Origin: Leptogorgia sarmentosa
Taxonomy: Eukaryota
NCBI GenBank assembly: GCA_964658305.1
Contig: OZ210885.1
Location: 18,972,001 to 19,036,000, forward strand
Direction: 5' to 3'
Length of the DNA stretch: 64,000 nucleotides
The notes below the pieces were generated by a model. The model saw only the letters and a program-made list of their open reading frames with translations, was not told the DNA's origin and ran no database searches. The position numbers and the translations under genes are program-made. Numbering within the stretch: the first letter of the stretch is position 1; every line of letters begins with the position of its first letter. This document shows positions 47,807 through 58,500 of the stretch, in pieces.

Positions 47807-50800
47807 ATGGCGGATTTTGAACAACAAGACAGGTAAGTTTCGAATTGATTTTCTATTTATATTCAAGGTTTCTGCTTAAGAATTCTGATTAAAAAGAATA
47901 CTCCAAAACTAGTCTTCGTGTTGTCATACTTTTTGAGTCATCAAGGTTTAGAATTCTATCAAAATATCATGTCATTTGAAACACTTGTATTTTGGCAGGT
48001 TTCAAATATGTCTTTACATTCACATATACCAGGTTATATGTGCAAGTACTATGTTAAATTTTGCATTGAATGTGTTCTTTGATAGTTATTTTTTGCCTTT
48101 ATATGATCGCGCCGCGTAGCGCCCCTTGAATTTATCCTTTTTTTGGCACTTCATTTCGTGCTATTTTCAGGTTGGATTTTAGGTCTTCTTGCGAAGATTT
48201 ATCGAGTTCTACCGCCATATTGGGAAAGCGGTCATGCATTCCAGAGGGAAATACGTCTGGGAAAAACAAAACTAAGATAAAGAGGAGCGGAGAAGGCTGT
48301 ACAGCGAAAAAGTCGCTTTTTGATAATGAGAAAAAACAGGGGGAGATTAACAGAAAGTCTTGCAGTTGGGCGACTGCAGAATTGGCTGCATTGGTTCAAC
48401 ACATATGCCTGTACTGGGATGGTGCACACACTGAAAAATGGCCAACAACAAAAGACATGAAATTTTGGAATGAGTGTGCAATATCTGTCAATAAAATGTG
48501 TAATTCTTCTCGCACAGGTTGGCTACATTTATTAATTTCCATATTCCACCATCCACCAACAGAAAATTAGATAGTAGGCCTATATTGCAAGTTCCTACAT
48601 ACTGTGTACTGTTTTCTGTATACTACTCAACAGGGAGGGAAAGTTAAACTTGTTTGTTGTTTGGTGCTAAATTATTATTTTTTTCATAGGCTCATCATGT
48701 AGGACTAAAGTCACTAAATTTTTGGTCAAGGAGTTTGCAACGTTATCTGATGCAGAGGAATTTTATGAAATTGACTATGTTACCAGTGTAACTGACTTCA
48801 AAGAATCGTCCACTTCAACTCCAGCAAAGCCAACCACTAGTGATGTGAATGTATGCTTATCACCGATTTTTAGGTGTTCACCCCAGAAAGCAGCAAAGAT
48901 AACATTGGGTGATACAATTCAAAACTTTGTCTCTGCCTTTCAGTGTTCAATGTCTGAACGTCTGCGAAAGCAATTAATACAACATTTGTTTCAGCAGTTA
49001 GTCATCAGTTGTGGCGGGCATTCATTTAATTCATTTGTCCAACATGATTTCATTGACACAAGTCTTTCAGCAATGAAAGTGTTATATGATAAAGGCAAGC
49101 ATAACCTTGTTTACCATATCTCCAGGTGTTTTAATTGTGAGGGTGAAAGAGCAGAAACTCGAATGCCAATTGACAGGATGCCATTTGGTTTAATTGATTA
49201 CAATGTTCGATTTTTTTCATCGCCATCATCACAGAAACTAGGTATTGAGAATCATTATGCTATCTGGCTTGAAACCATGCTTGCCCATTTTGGTCAAAAG
49301 TGGCTGTGTCTGTTCAGAGGGCCCTTCTGGCAATATGAAATGCAAGAATATGCAGATGCATCTCTGCATTCCAGTACCAGTCAGGAGTCATGTGATGTTA
49401 ATGCAGGGATGGAGTCTATCATTGAAACTGCTCTGCAAGAATGTTCATTGAATTTAAATGAATACCAAGGACCTGTAGGTGAAATAACAAGCACATCAGG
49501 ATTGAGTGAACAAGTAGCATCATTACAGATATTAAATGATGTCAATATTGAAGAAATTGTTATTGATCATAATTCAGGAGTTGAAATTTTGGACTGGACT
49601 GAATCAGATCAATCTGTATCAGCGAAAGGGGAAAGCAGACAAGGCTTAATCGAAGTCATTTATGGGCACAGATAAACAATGAAGATCGTCAAGCTATTGA
49701 GAATGAGCAGATCTTGCCTGAATGCATGGAGGAGCACCACAGCATACATCCTATCTCCAACAAGAGAAGGGAAGTGAACCCCAACATATACAATCCACTG
49801 CAGGTCTGTATTGTATATATATATATATATATATATATGAGTGACAATAAAAATATTGAATGTTGAATCATATATGAATAGAGTGCTCAATACAAAAAGC
49901 AGAGCTTGTATAGAAGACAAACTTGAGATTTTGTTTAAAACATTTATTCACATTATATATATATATATATGACACTCTGTTTCAGGCCAAAGTAAATGTA
50001 GCTGCAATAGGAGTACGTCAGATTCAGAAAAACATTGCTCGTTCTGGCTTTGTAAAATCTGCTAACATCCAGGTATGAAAATTCATATTTTATCATTTTT
50101 GGAATTTTCAATCACTAATTCTCATCTTTTAATAGGCAATTCGTCACAACACAAACAGTTATTTATCACTTACTATATGATTGTATATGGTATTCCCCGT
50201 CCCACAAAAAAATTGTTTTTGTGTCATCATCTGTGGCTATTCCCAACATGTTTTCAATCAGTAAATAGGCAGGCACCATTTCTAAATGCCCAGTTTAAAT
50301 GCCACAACGAATATTAGCAAGTATTTAATCACTAAAAAGAACTTAATTCGTTCAAGTGTAGTTTAAATAGTGTTATACTTATTGTAAGTGTTTTTATAAG
50401 GTATTCCTCCCCAGACTTTTCCCCTTTAAAGTTTAAACAGAATTAAAACACTCTTTTGAGAAAGATCTAGACTAAAACGAATTTAAAACCTCTGTCTTGT
50501 TTTTAGGTGAAAGCTCTGCAAGATGCGAAGGCCAGCAACCCAAACGGTCGTTGGTGGATTAAAGCAGATGCGTGTGATGTTCGTGATGGTCTACGAGAGA
50601 GTGTGCATGGGATATGGTCTGGCGATGAAGATTTTGGCGATGGTTCTGTGGAAAGTCTTCATGCCGAGTATGCATCAAAATGTAATACTTTTAAAAGGCT
50701 ATTTGCTCAATAACACTCTAGTGTGTCAATGGATGATCTCAAAACATTGGTTGACGAGTTTGTTGATGACACAGAGTTCCTCAAAGATGGTATGGCCAGT

Positions 50801-53039
50801 GCAAAAGAAAAGTATGAGAAAAAACTAACTAATTCTCGGTGTTCAGATGACCTGCTTATGAAGTTGGCATGGGATGTTGTTGGATTTGAGCAACTTCTAA
50901 AGCAGGCAAATGAATTCAAGAATGAACTTGAACTCATGATTAACGATTTAAAGCTTTGTCTTCAAAATGTAGCAGTCGCGCGTCTACGAAACTTACAGGG
51001 AAGCATCATGCAGTACTACAAGGACCTCTACAGCAAGAAAAGATCTCCTGCAAGTCACTTGCTTGTATTCATGCTTGCTGACGAACTTTGCAATGTTAAG
51101 CCATATGCAGTTCCAATACAGTTTCTACCGATTAAGTCTATCACTGATGATCAGATCCGCCAGCTAGAACACGAGATTGAAGCTTTAATGAAAACCAATG
51201 GAATGGTTACAGTTGGTATGTAATTAGAACTAATAACGTGTGTCTAATTACAGGTAAATTCATTTACGATTTTATATTACTGAACAACATTGCCACAAAA
51301 TATTTACAGGATTCACCAGATGGAGAATTCAACTCGTTACGAACAATGGGGAGCAAACGTCCAATCTCTATCATTGAGGTCATCCGAAACGCCAAGGCAG
51401 AAGCCCGCAAAATGGGGGCAAAAACGATTTTGAAATATTTTACATTGAATCCAAATGGTATGTATGTTAGAATTTGTATTCAAACTATCCAGTTTTATTA
51501 TGATTTGTACATAATTATCAAAAATTCAGGCCTATTATAATGCAGCCTTAGTGGTTAAAATGTGTGAAAGGATGGAGGCTCATTATTTTCATAATCATAT
51601 TTTCAGGTAGTTCCACTGTTGAGGAACATCCTGCGGTTCCACTGGAAAGTATTTTGTGGTTGCACGATTACATGAATGAAAATGATGAAGCTAGACCAAT
51701 TGAGCAGGCTCTCTACATTCTAAGAAGGACGTTATTTCCTTTCTGTTAGGATCCATATCCATTCGTGGAAGGTAATGTTCAGTATCAAACAGGCAGTGTG
51801 CGGAAGAGAAACATTGTCAATTTTACAAAAAGTGTGTTGATTTTTTTACAGGTAGAAAGGAAACCAGGGCTGAGCTGTTAATGTCCATCATGGCCATATT
51901 TTTATTCCGTTGGAAAGTTCAGAAATTGAAAGAGTTACTAGTTGACCCTGCAAATTTCAATGACTTTCTCTACCAACCTGAGAAAGACGAGGATACCAAC
52001 GAATATATCCATCACCGTGAAGATCATAATCACATGTTGAAAAGATTGGTGAATTGCTTACGAGAAGGTTTAATACCCGGTATTGACCTCTGCTACTTCA
52101 GGGATGCATTACACAATCCAAAAACTGGATTAACATACGAGTCGCTCACAGGAAAGAATAAACAGTCTGTACCAGATTGCGAAAGGTTGATTTCTCCAGC
52201 CGTCGTTTCCTTCCTTAGAGAAAAGGGAGATATAAAAGGAGCCAATATTTTGTCAGTTATTTGCAATTGGCATAAAGCTGTTGACGGGAGAGGTCTTAGC
52301 GAAGAGGAACGTTCGTCCCATCTGACTGATATGAAGAACTGGCTACTCGATGATTGGATGCCCTGGCACAGATTCAATAAAGATTATTCGACAATTGACG
52401 TCAACAGGTCGGTAACACTGTATACAAATATGCATAATACTTTTTGACGTTCTCATTATGTTCAACTCGTATGTTAAAACAATATCTGGGCTATGTATGT
52501 AGTATATAATCGATTTGCATTGGGAATTATATTTTACTGCAGACCCATCAAAGGGTATATGTGGCCTGACCCGAGAGTTGGTGATTGCCCTCGTTGCAAA
52601 CTTGGAAAGCCGGGAAATTCGCAGGGCCGTGTATCAGAGAAGAGAAATGAAGCCAGAACACCCACGAGCATCATCTAGTGATGATGTAGAAGGGTTCTTC
52701 TCTCTACTCCATGGCATGTTGGGACCTGTGTTCGACCTGAAACAATTTTACGACGAGTCTCGGAAGATTTTGAACGAATATTCAAAACGAATCGACTCAG
52801 AACTACCATTCTTTCACTGGTCAGGCAAGAATGAGAGATACAGGGATTTCGAACTTCCCAGTTTTAATAAACCAAGCGGAAGTGGCGTTATCGAGAGGCT
52901 GGATAAACTGAAGGTATCGCGGCGGGGTGACCCAGGTGTATTCGTAGCCAATAGGGCTTCGCTTCCCCAAAAAGGTCAGCTAACATGCCGTGCAACGTTC
53001 CACAAAGCACCTGTTGCACTTCCACCATTGGGCAATTAA
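47807..53039 (+). pseudogene. Multi-exon P-element-like DDE transposase with an N-terminal Myb/SANT-like segment; contains in-frame stops
   Basis: ATG at 47807 and about 9 GT-AG exons. Motifs SWATAELAALV...KFWNECA...CRTKV, WWIKADACDV, LLVFMLADE, DGEFNSLR, EDHNHMLKR (D(2)H), GKNKQSVPDCERL, RASSSDDVEGFFS. Confidence 0.7.
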
Positions 53040-53238
53040 AAACAGACATTTTACAGCAGGTGCACAAGTACAACGGTATATCTGTATAAATAAATGTAAA
53101 TACGTAAACTACCAATTCATAAGAATCAATGCACACTTATAACCGTTATTCACCATGATAATTTTTAATGCAGAAACGTTTAAGTAAATTTTACATTGTT
53201 CTTCACTATGAATTGAAATAGATTGTTATAACTCAGTT

Positions 53239-53994
53239 CTATATTACATTTTTACTTGCTGCGACAACAGCATTGTCCCAAAGTCCTGTTTTTGTAATAT
53301 TTATCATGAGATAAAATCCGACACGCAGATAGTTTGTTCTAAAGCGAATATTCTTCACAGAGACTTCAATGTTACCTGCTTCTAAAAGTGGATGTATGAA
53401 ACAGGTTAATTCCCGTGGTATATATCCAACCTTTTCAAAGTCATTGTCTGACATTAGGTATACAGCTATTGCATTTGGGTCATATGTGTTATCAGGATCA
53501 GGCTCAAGGTCAACAAAAACATGTCTATTGTTAGTTATGTATTCATATGCAGTCTCTAAAATAGTCTGTCTCTCCTTTGACATGCAGGTTCCGAGAACTT
53601 TGAATGGGAGGGTATGTTTTTCTTGATTGGAAAACTCATTGGTTAAACCAGCAGGTTTAGCAGTTTTTTCTGGTACATTTAAGGATTCGTTTAATGTACC
53701 TATAGAAGCAGAAGGTTTCAGTTCCCATAAAACAATGTATTCTTCCTTGTTTTGCAATGTAATAGTACAATACTTTGTGCAAGTATATTTTCTTCGTCCG
53801 ATAATTTCAGCACTATTTACCAGGCCAGTGATATCCTTGTCCCCTTGTTTGAATGTAACTTCATTAAAGTTTATTGTGACCACAGGAAAGCATGGGATAG
53901 TCCAAGGCAATATGACTTTTTTGATACTCAAGATTTCAATTTCCAGTGGGGCAACTGTTGTGTCGACTGTAACTTCTATATAAGACAATACCAT
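53239..53994 (-). CDS. HIRAN-domain ORF (probably the terminal exon of the nuclease gene)
   Basis: FKVLGT...VDLEPDPDNTYDPNAIAV.....KVGYIPREL, the HIRAN signature (EPxNxYDxNAIxV...GYxP). Confidence 0.8.
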   Translation of the reverse strand: MVLSYIEVTVDTTVAPLEIEILSIKKVILPWTIPCFPVVTINFNEVTFKQGDKDITGLVNSAEIIGRRKYTCTKYCTITLQNKEEYIVLWELKPSASIGTLNESLNVPEKTAKPAGLTNEFSNQEKHTLPFKVLGTCMSKERQTILETAYEYITNNRHVFVDLEPDPDNTYDPNAIAVYLMSDNDFEKVGYIPRELTCFIHPLLEAGNIEVSVKNIRFRTNYLRVGFYLMINITKTGLWDNAVVAASKNVI

Positions 53995-54113
53995 AACTTG
54001 TAATGCAAGTCAATGCAACTGGATATCCTTACTGAAAGATAACTGCATTTACTATATATTATATTCAAATTACAATAAGCCAAGCTACAGTATACATTTT
54101 CTACATGTATTAC

Positions 54114-56084
54114 CATGTGTTTTCATATCACCACCCTCCTCTTGACCTTCCTCATCTTCACACATACAAGGATTAGGTACCTTCAAAAAAAACATAACAA
54201 ATTACACACTATTCTGTGCAAATAAAAATATATATATATATATGTTACATATAATTTGAAGAGGCTTGTAAACCCCTTCAAATAAATACTACTTAGCTGC
54301 TTGAATTACAGATTACTATGCACAACTATACACTGTTTTTATTTCCTTTTTCACATTATTAGAATGAATTTACCTGTCTCATTGGTACATGATCAAATGA
54401 CCCCTTCTTTACCTGGTCTTTGGGATCAATATTTCCTGCAGCCAAATCTAAGACAAAAGGCTTAGGTAATAAGCTAAACACTGTTGTTAAGGATAAATAT
54501 TCTACCAGAAAAACAGAAGTCAGTAGAACAATGAATATTGCAACTACAAAAAGATACTCTCCACAAATGGTTTGGAGTTCATTATCTATAATGACATCAT
54601 TATTTAACGGGAGTGTCTCACACACACTAGGATCATTGACTGTTTGGTGATTGAAAACCAGACAAGCTTGTTCAAAACCCTTAGTGTAGTCAGCTGGAGC
54701 ATACTTCAATGATTGCAACACATTTAAATAAGCCTTGTTCTCGCAAACAATTCTCTTGGCCTTATTAATGCCAACTCCTTTAATATTGTCGAGGTAGTCA
54801 CAGCCTGCTGCAATGCACATGTCTGTGAACTTATCTGCACTCAGGCTTAAATGTTTCAGGACCATTTTTAGCTCTACAAGGTCACCTGTGCCATTTCTTT
54901 CCAGCTTAAACAACACCTGCAATATGATAAAAGATAATTTATTTGATGGAAAACAGCATTGATTAAGCCATAAAGCTTTTAACTCCCAAATATGTATGGG
55001 CAAAACTTTGTTTGCTCCCTACCCATTTGCCACCTCCTACCCCATAAATAATGACCACTGATGACTGACTCCCTAGTGTAATACCAAATTTGCAGAAGCT
55101 ACAAGCTGGTCAGCTGCTAGTGAGCAATATATACACGTATAAATACCTTGTTACACTGATAGGCAAGCAAATCCGAGTCTTCTGACAAAGCAAAATCAGC
55201 ATAACCCTTTTTAAGAAGAAAGGCAATCTGGGCATCTGCTTCATATGGTGCCATTATATATGGTATGTCTCTTTCACAGCAAATCTAAATGACAAACCAT
55301 TTAACCATTTACAATTGGTGAAGACCTTACTTCACTTTTCATGTGAAAATACGAACTCAAAATCTGCAGGGTATATATTCTAGAATCGCTTATTACAGCG
55401 CCTGGTTTAAACAATTATGACATACCTTCACCAGCTTTCTTACTATTTCATAATTAATCTTGACCGATCTAGCCAAGGCTTTCTTTGCAGCCACATCATC
55501 ACCCAGTAAGGAAAAATATGAGGCGTTTTCATGCTCTTTGCTCCTCTTTCTACAATAATAATAGACAATTTTGAAATTTTCCTCCAAGAGCAACTACTAT
55601 AATATATCTATAATTTATTAAGAGGAATCTATATCACAAACAAATTTTATTTAATGTAATTAAAGGTTTTTAAACAATATAAAGGAGTTATTCTTACCTG
55701 GAACGCTTTTCGTTTACTCGTTGTTTCGCGGGAAGAGGCATGCTGTCGAACACAATATATGGCTTCACGCCATTTGCCGTCAAGAGACTCCTGAACGAGT
55801 CACATATATCAATGACCCTTGAAAAATTTGCATACTAATTAAAATAAACATTGTATAGATTGCTCATTTACAAATTTAGCGACTAAACAATACACAAATT
55901 ATAAGGCATACTGTTAAAACAATTATACAAACCTGCGATCATTGCCAAATTCTTTGTAGCTTACAGCCAACGCTTTGTGAAGCCAACACAACACATCGAC
56001 TGCACATACCTGGCCAGCGAAGTCTTTTATATGTACCTTGACAGTAGCTTCTTTCACAAAAGGCAAAAGGTTTTTTATTCCCAT
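54114..56084 (-). CDS. EXO1/XPG(FEN1)-family 5' nuclease, about 7 exons, transposon-borne
   Basis: MGIKNLLPFVK...AVDVLCWLHKA (N domain), PYIVFDSMPLPAK, YIMAPYEADAQIAFL...SEDSDLL (I domain), CIAAGCDYLDNIKGVGINKA (H3TH), GNIDP. Confidence 0.85.
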
Positions 56085-56871
56085 TGTTTTAAGAAAAAAT
56101 ATGCCTGGGTTCGTGATCTTTAACCTTCCATCACTTCGTTTCACCCTTTCGCTTCAGCAATCAGAGCACAACTGAGCGAAATTTTTATTTGCGCATGATG
56201 CATTGCGGTCGTAGTGCGACCACCGCCTGGGTCGCAGCATTCTGATCAAGGAAATCAAAATAATGGATCAACCTGACAAACTCACAGACACACGACTTAT
56301 AAACATACTAAACACAAACGACAAACTTGATCAACTACAAATTGATGCCCTGTCCTTGATAAGGAGTGGAAGGACTAACAACGATCAAACCAACAACGAC
56401 ATACACAACACACAAACACCAACGCACACTGACAGCAACACTGGCCTACAAAACCTGACCCAAAAAACACACCCGATAAAACAAACGACGACGATGAACT
56501 TATACCTCCACATACGGAAGAGACTAGAGCACCCTCCTCAACCTACAAACTCCTTTCCGACCTCCCTATACACCTACACACCACACTACATACCCTGAAC
56601 AACCTAAACGAAAAACAAATAAAAACACAAAATACCCTGGAAAACCTGACAACGCACAAAACCGATGTTACGCTACTCAACAGCCTAAACAAAACGACTA
56701 TTCACTAAAGTTATGTGAATTAGTTTATACATCTAACTGACAATATGGCTGGAAGATATGGGCTACCATGCAATACATCATTTTTTGTTTTTTTCTGTAA
56801 ACTGGTTAATCCATAACACACCCACCATCCTCATATACACAAAACTAAAAAGAACAACAACCAACAGAAAA

Positions 56872-57156
56872 GCCCCTACTGATGAAGGTCTTACACGGCA
56901 AAAAATGATCAACCTGTTCGGGGTTGATGAAAACAGGATTGAACAATGTTTTGCTGCCCACATTGTTCAGTGTTGTCAACAATATTGAACAACATTGTTA
57001 CACCCGAGTGCAGGCTTATTTAGGCTCAACAATGTTGTTCAATATTGTTGACAACACTGAACAATGTGGGCAGCAAAACATTGTTCAATCCTGTTTTCAT
57101 CAACCCCGAAAAGGTTGATCATTTTTTGCCATGTAGGACCGAAACACGTCGAGGGC
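56872..57156 (+). ncRNA. Minimal type I hammerhead ribozyme (Penelope-type) with a MITE in loop II
   Basis: Removing the MITE gives GCCCCT A CTGATGA A GGTCT-TA-GGACC GAAAC AC GTC G AGGGC: core boxes, stem II, a short stem III and a closing stem I. Confidence 0.7.
56894..57133. mobile_element. Palindromic MITE (240 bp) with TA TSD
   Basis: CACGGCAAAAAATGATCAACC...GGTTGATCATTTTTTGCCATG, with arms covering most of the element. Confidence 0.92.
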
Positions 57157-57189
57157 CAAAAAATTACATTACCAAACAAGGCTTGTCCG

Positions 57190-57600
57190 CCATAATATCG
57201 CCAATATTCTTCAAAAGTAAGGTCTATTCATCCTAGACTCTTTGAATTATATGATGGCCTCAACATACATAGATATTTCACATCTGACCTATACAACCAT
57301 ATCCACAATCTCTTCCTCTCACCTTTTACAGTTTTTAATGCATTGATTCTAGCTTTATTTTTCACGTTTTTAAATTGTGTGCAGTGGAATGTGTATATAT
57401 GTGTGTATTCGCGCCATATGCGTATCTTCCTATAAAAACACCTTGCAGGACGGTCTTATAATATAGACCCTGCGCGAATATCGTGTTTTGCCATGCAACA
57501 GCTATACAACAGATGAGATCAAACAATACCTACAACATCAGTTAAAGGAAAGTCCAATAGGACCCTTTGAATTTCAGTTCAACAATGAACGTTCCCTAGG
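57190..57600 (+). repeat. Dispersed repeat, copy 1 (other copies at about 62987-63440 minus and 63496-63885 plus)
   Basis: Shared blocks such as ctagctttatttttcacgttttt, gtcttataatatagaccctgcgcgaatatcgtgtttt and aaaggaaagtcca.tagg. Confidence 0.85.
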
Positions 57601-57673
57601 GACCCTATGAGTACCACATTAACCACCGAAAACGCCCCATGGAGGTCCATTTACCTATCTTTATAATTGCATA

Positions 57674-58500
57674 TCATCGGCAAAAACCATGGGCATCAGG
57701 GAGATGTGCTTGAACAATCTCAAAAAGATTTGAAGCATACATAACAAAGAGAAGTGGCCCAAGGCAACTCCCTTGTGGGACCCAGAAGCGCACATCACAA
57801 CTGTCTGATGTAACTCGGTCAAACACGATGCGATGGCTACGCCCTGACAAATATGAAGAAAACCACTCTAGAGCCTTTCCCTGAATACCAAAACTCGAAG
57901 ACAAGCATGACAGTAAAATCTCATGATACACTGTATTGAATGCAGCGCTTAAATCCAAAAGGACAAGTAACATAACACTTTGCAAGTTCATATTCATAAG
58001 AATATCGTTAGCAAACTTGAGTAGCGCTGTCTCTGTGCTATGGTACTGACAATAAGCTGATTGTAGTAGAGGATAAAGACCTGACTGAACCAAGTGGTCA
58101 TAAATCTGATTAAATACAGCATGCTCAATGAGGGTAGAGATAAGCTAAATAACTAACAGGACACAAGTTCATAAACAGCTGGTCAAGGCCCAGTTTCTTT
58201 AACAGTGGTTTGACTGCGGCCACTTTCCAGTCCTCAGGGAAAACTCCTGATTCCAATGAGGTGTTAATTATTTTAGTGATTACTGGTGGTGTGGGGACAG
58301 GATCAAGAGAGCAGGATGTGAATTTAGAGTTGGCAATGAGTATGCGCACATCGTCCCCCATCAGCAACGCAATTATTCAAAAACAGATGGAGTCGGTGGG
58401 TCAGGTATAGTGCTACTATAATCCGGGACATTGTTCGTAGTCGCGATACCCAAATCGAGCTCATCTCGAATCCGAATAACTTTCTGCACAAAATACATCC
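57674..58500 (-). pseudogene. L2/CR1-group RT fragment (same element as 43770-44229)
   Basis: SCSLDPVP, WKVAAVKPLLKK, STETALLK, LDLSAAF, VPQGSCLGPLLF. Confidence 0.85.

Larger units (their letters stand above)
44230..56229. mobile_element. Large DNA transposon with P-like transposase, EXO1-like nuclease and HIRAN domain; left TIR interrupted by a hAT
   Basis: CAGG...CCTG ends flanked by GGTCGCAGC (44221-44229 and 56230-56238) inside a LINE codon run. Perfect 24-bp inverted repeat GGTCGCACTACGACCGCAATGCAT at 47763-47786 and 56198-56221. Confidence 0.8.

Noticed and set aside
49814..49838. (TA)n tract
   Set aside because: Ordinary intronic microsatellite.
54114..56084. Host EXO1 gene
   Set aside because: It is enclosed by TIRs together with a transposase, is compact and lacks the long C-terminal region, so no gene symbol was assigned.
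47763..56221. AcademX assignment because of the XPG-family nuclease
   Set aside because: The transposase motifs look P-like, the nuclease is a separate convergent gene, and the ends and TSD do not fit TAG-type termini with a 3-bp TSD.
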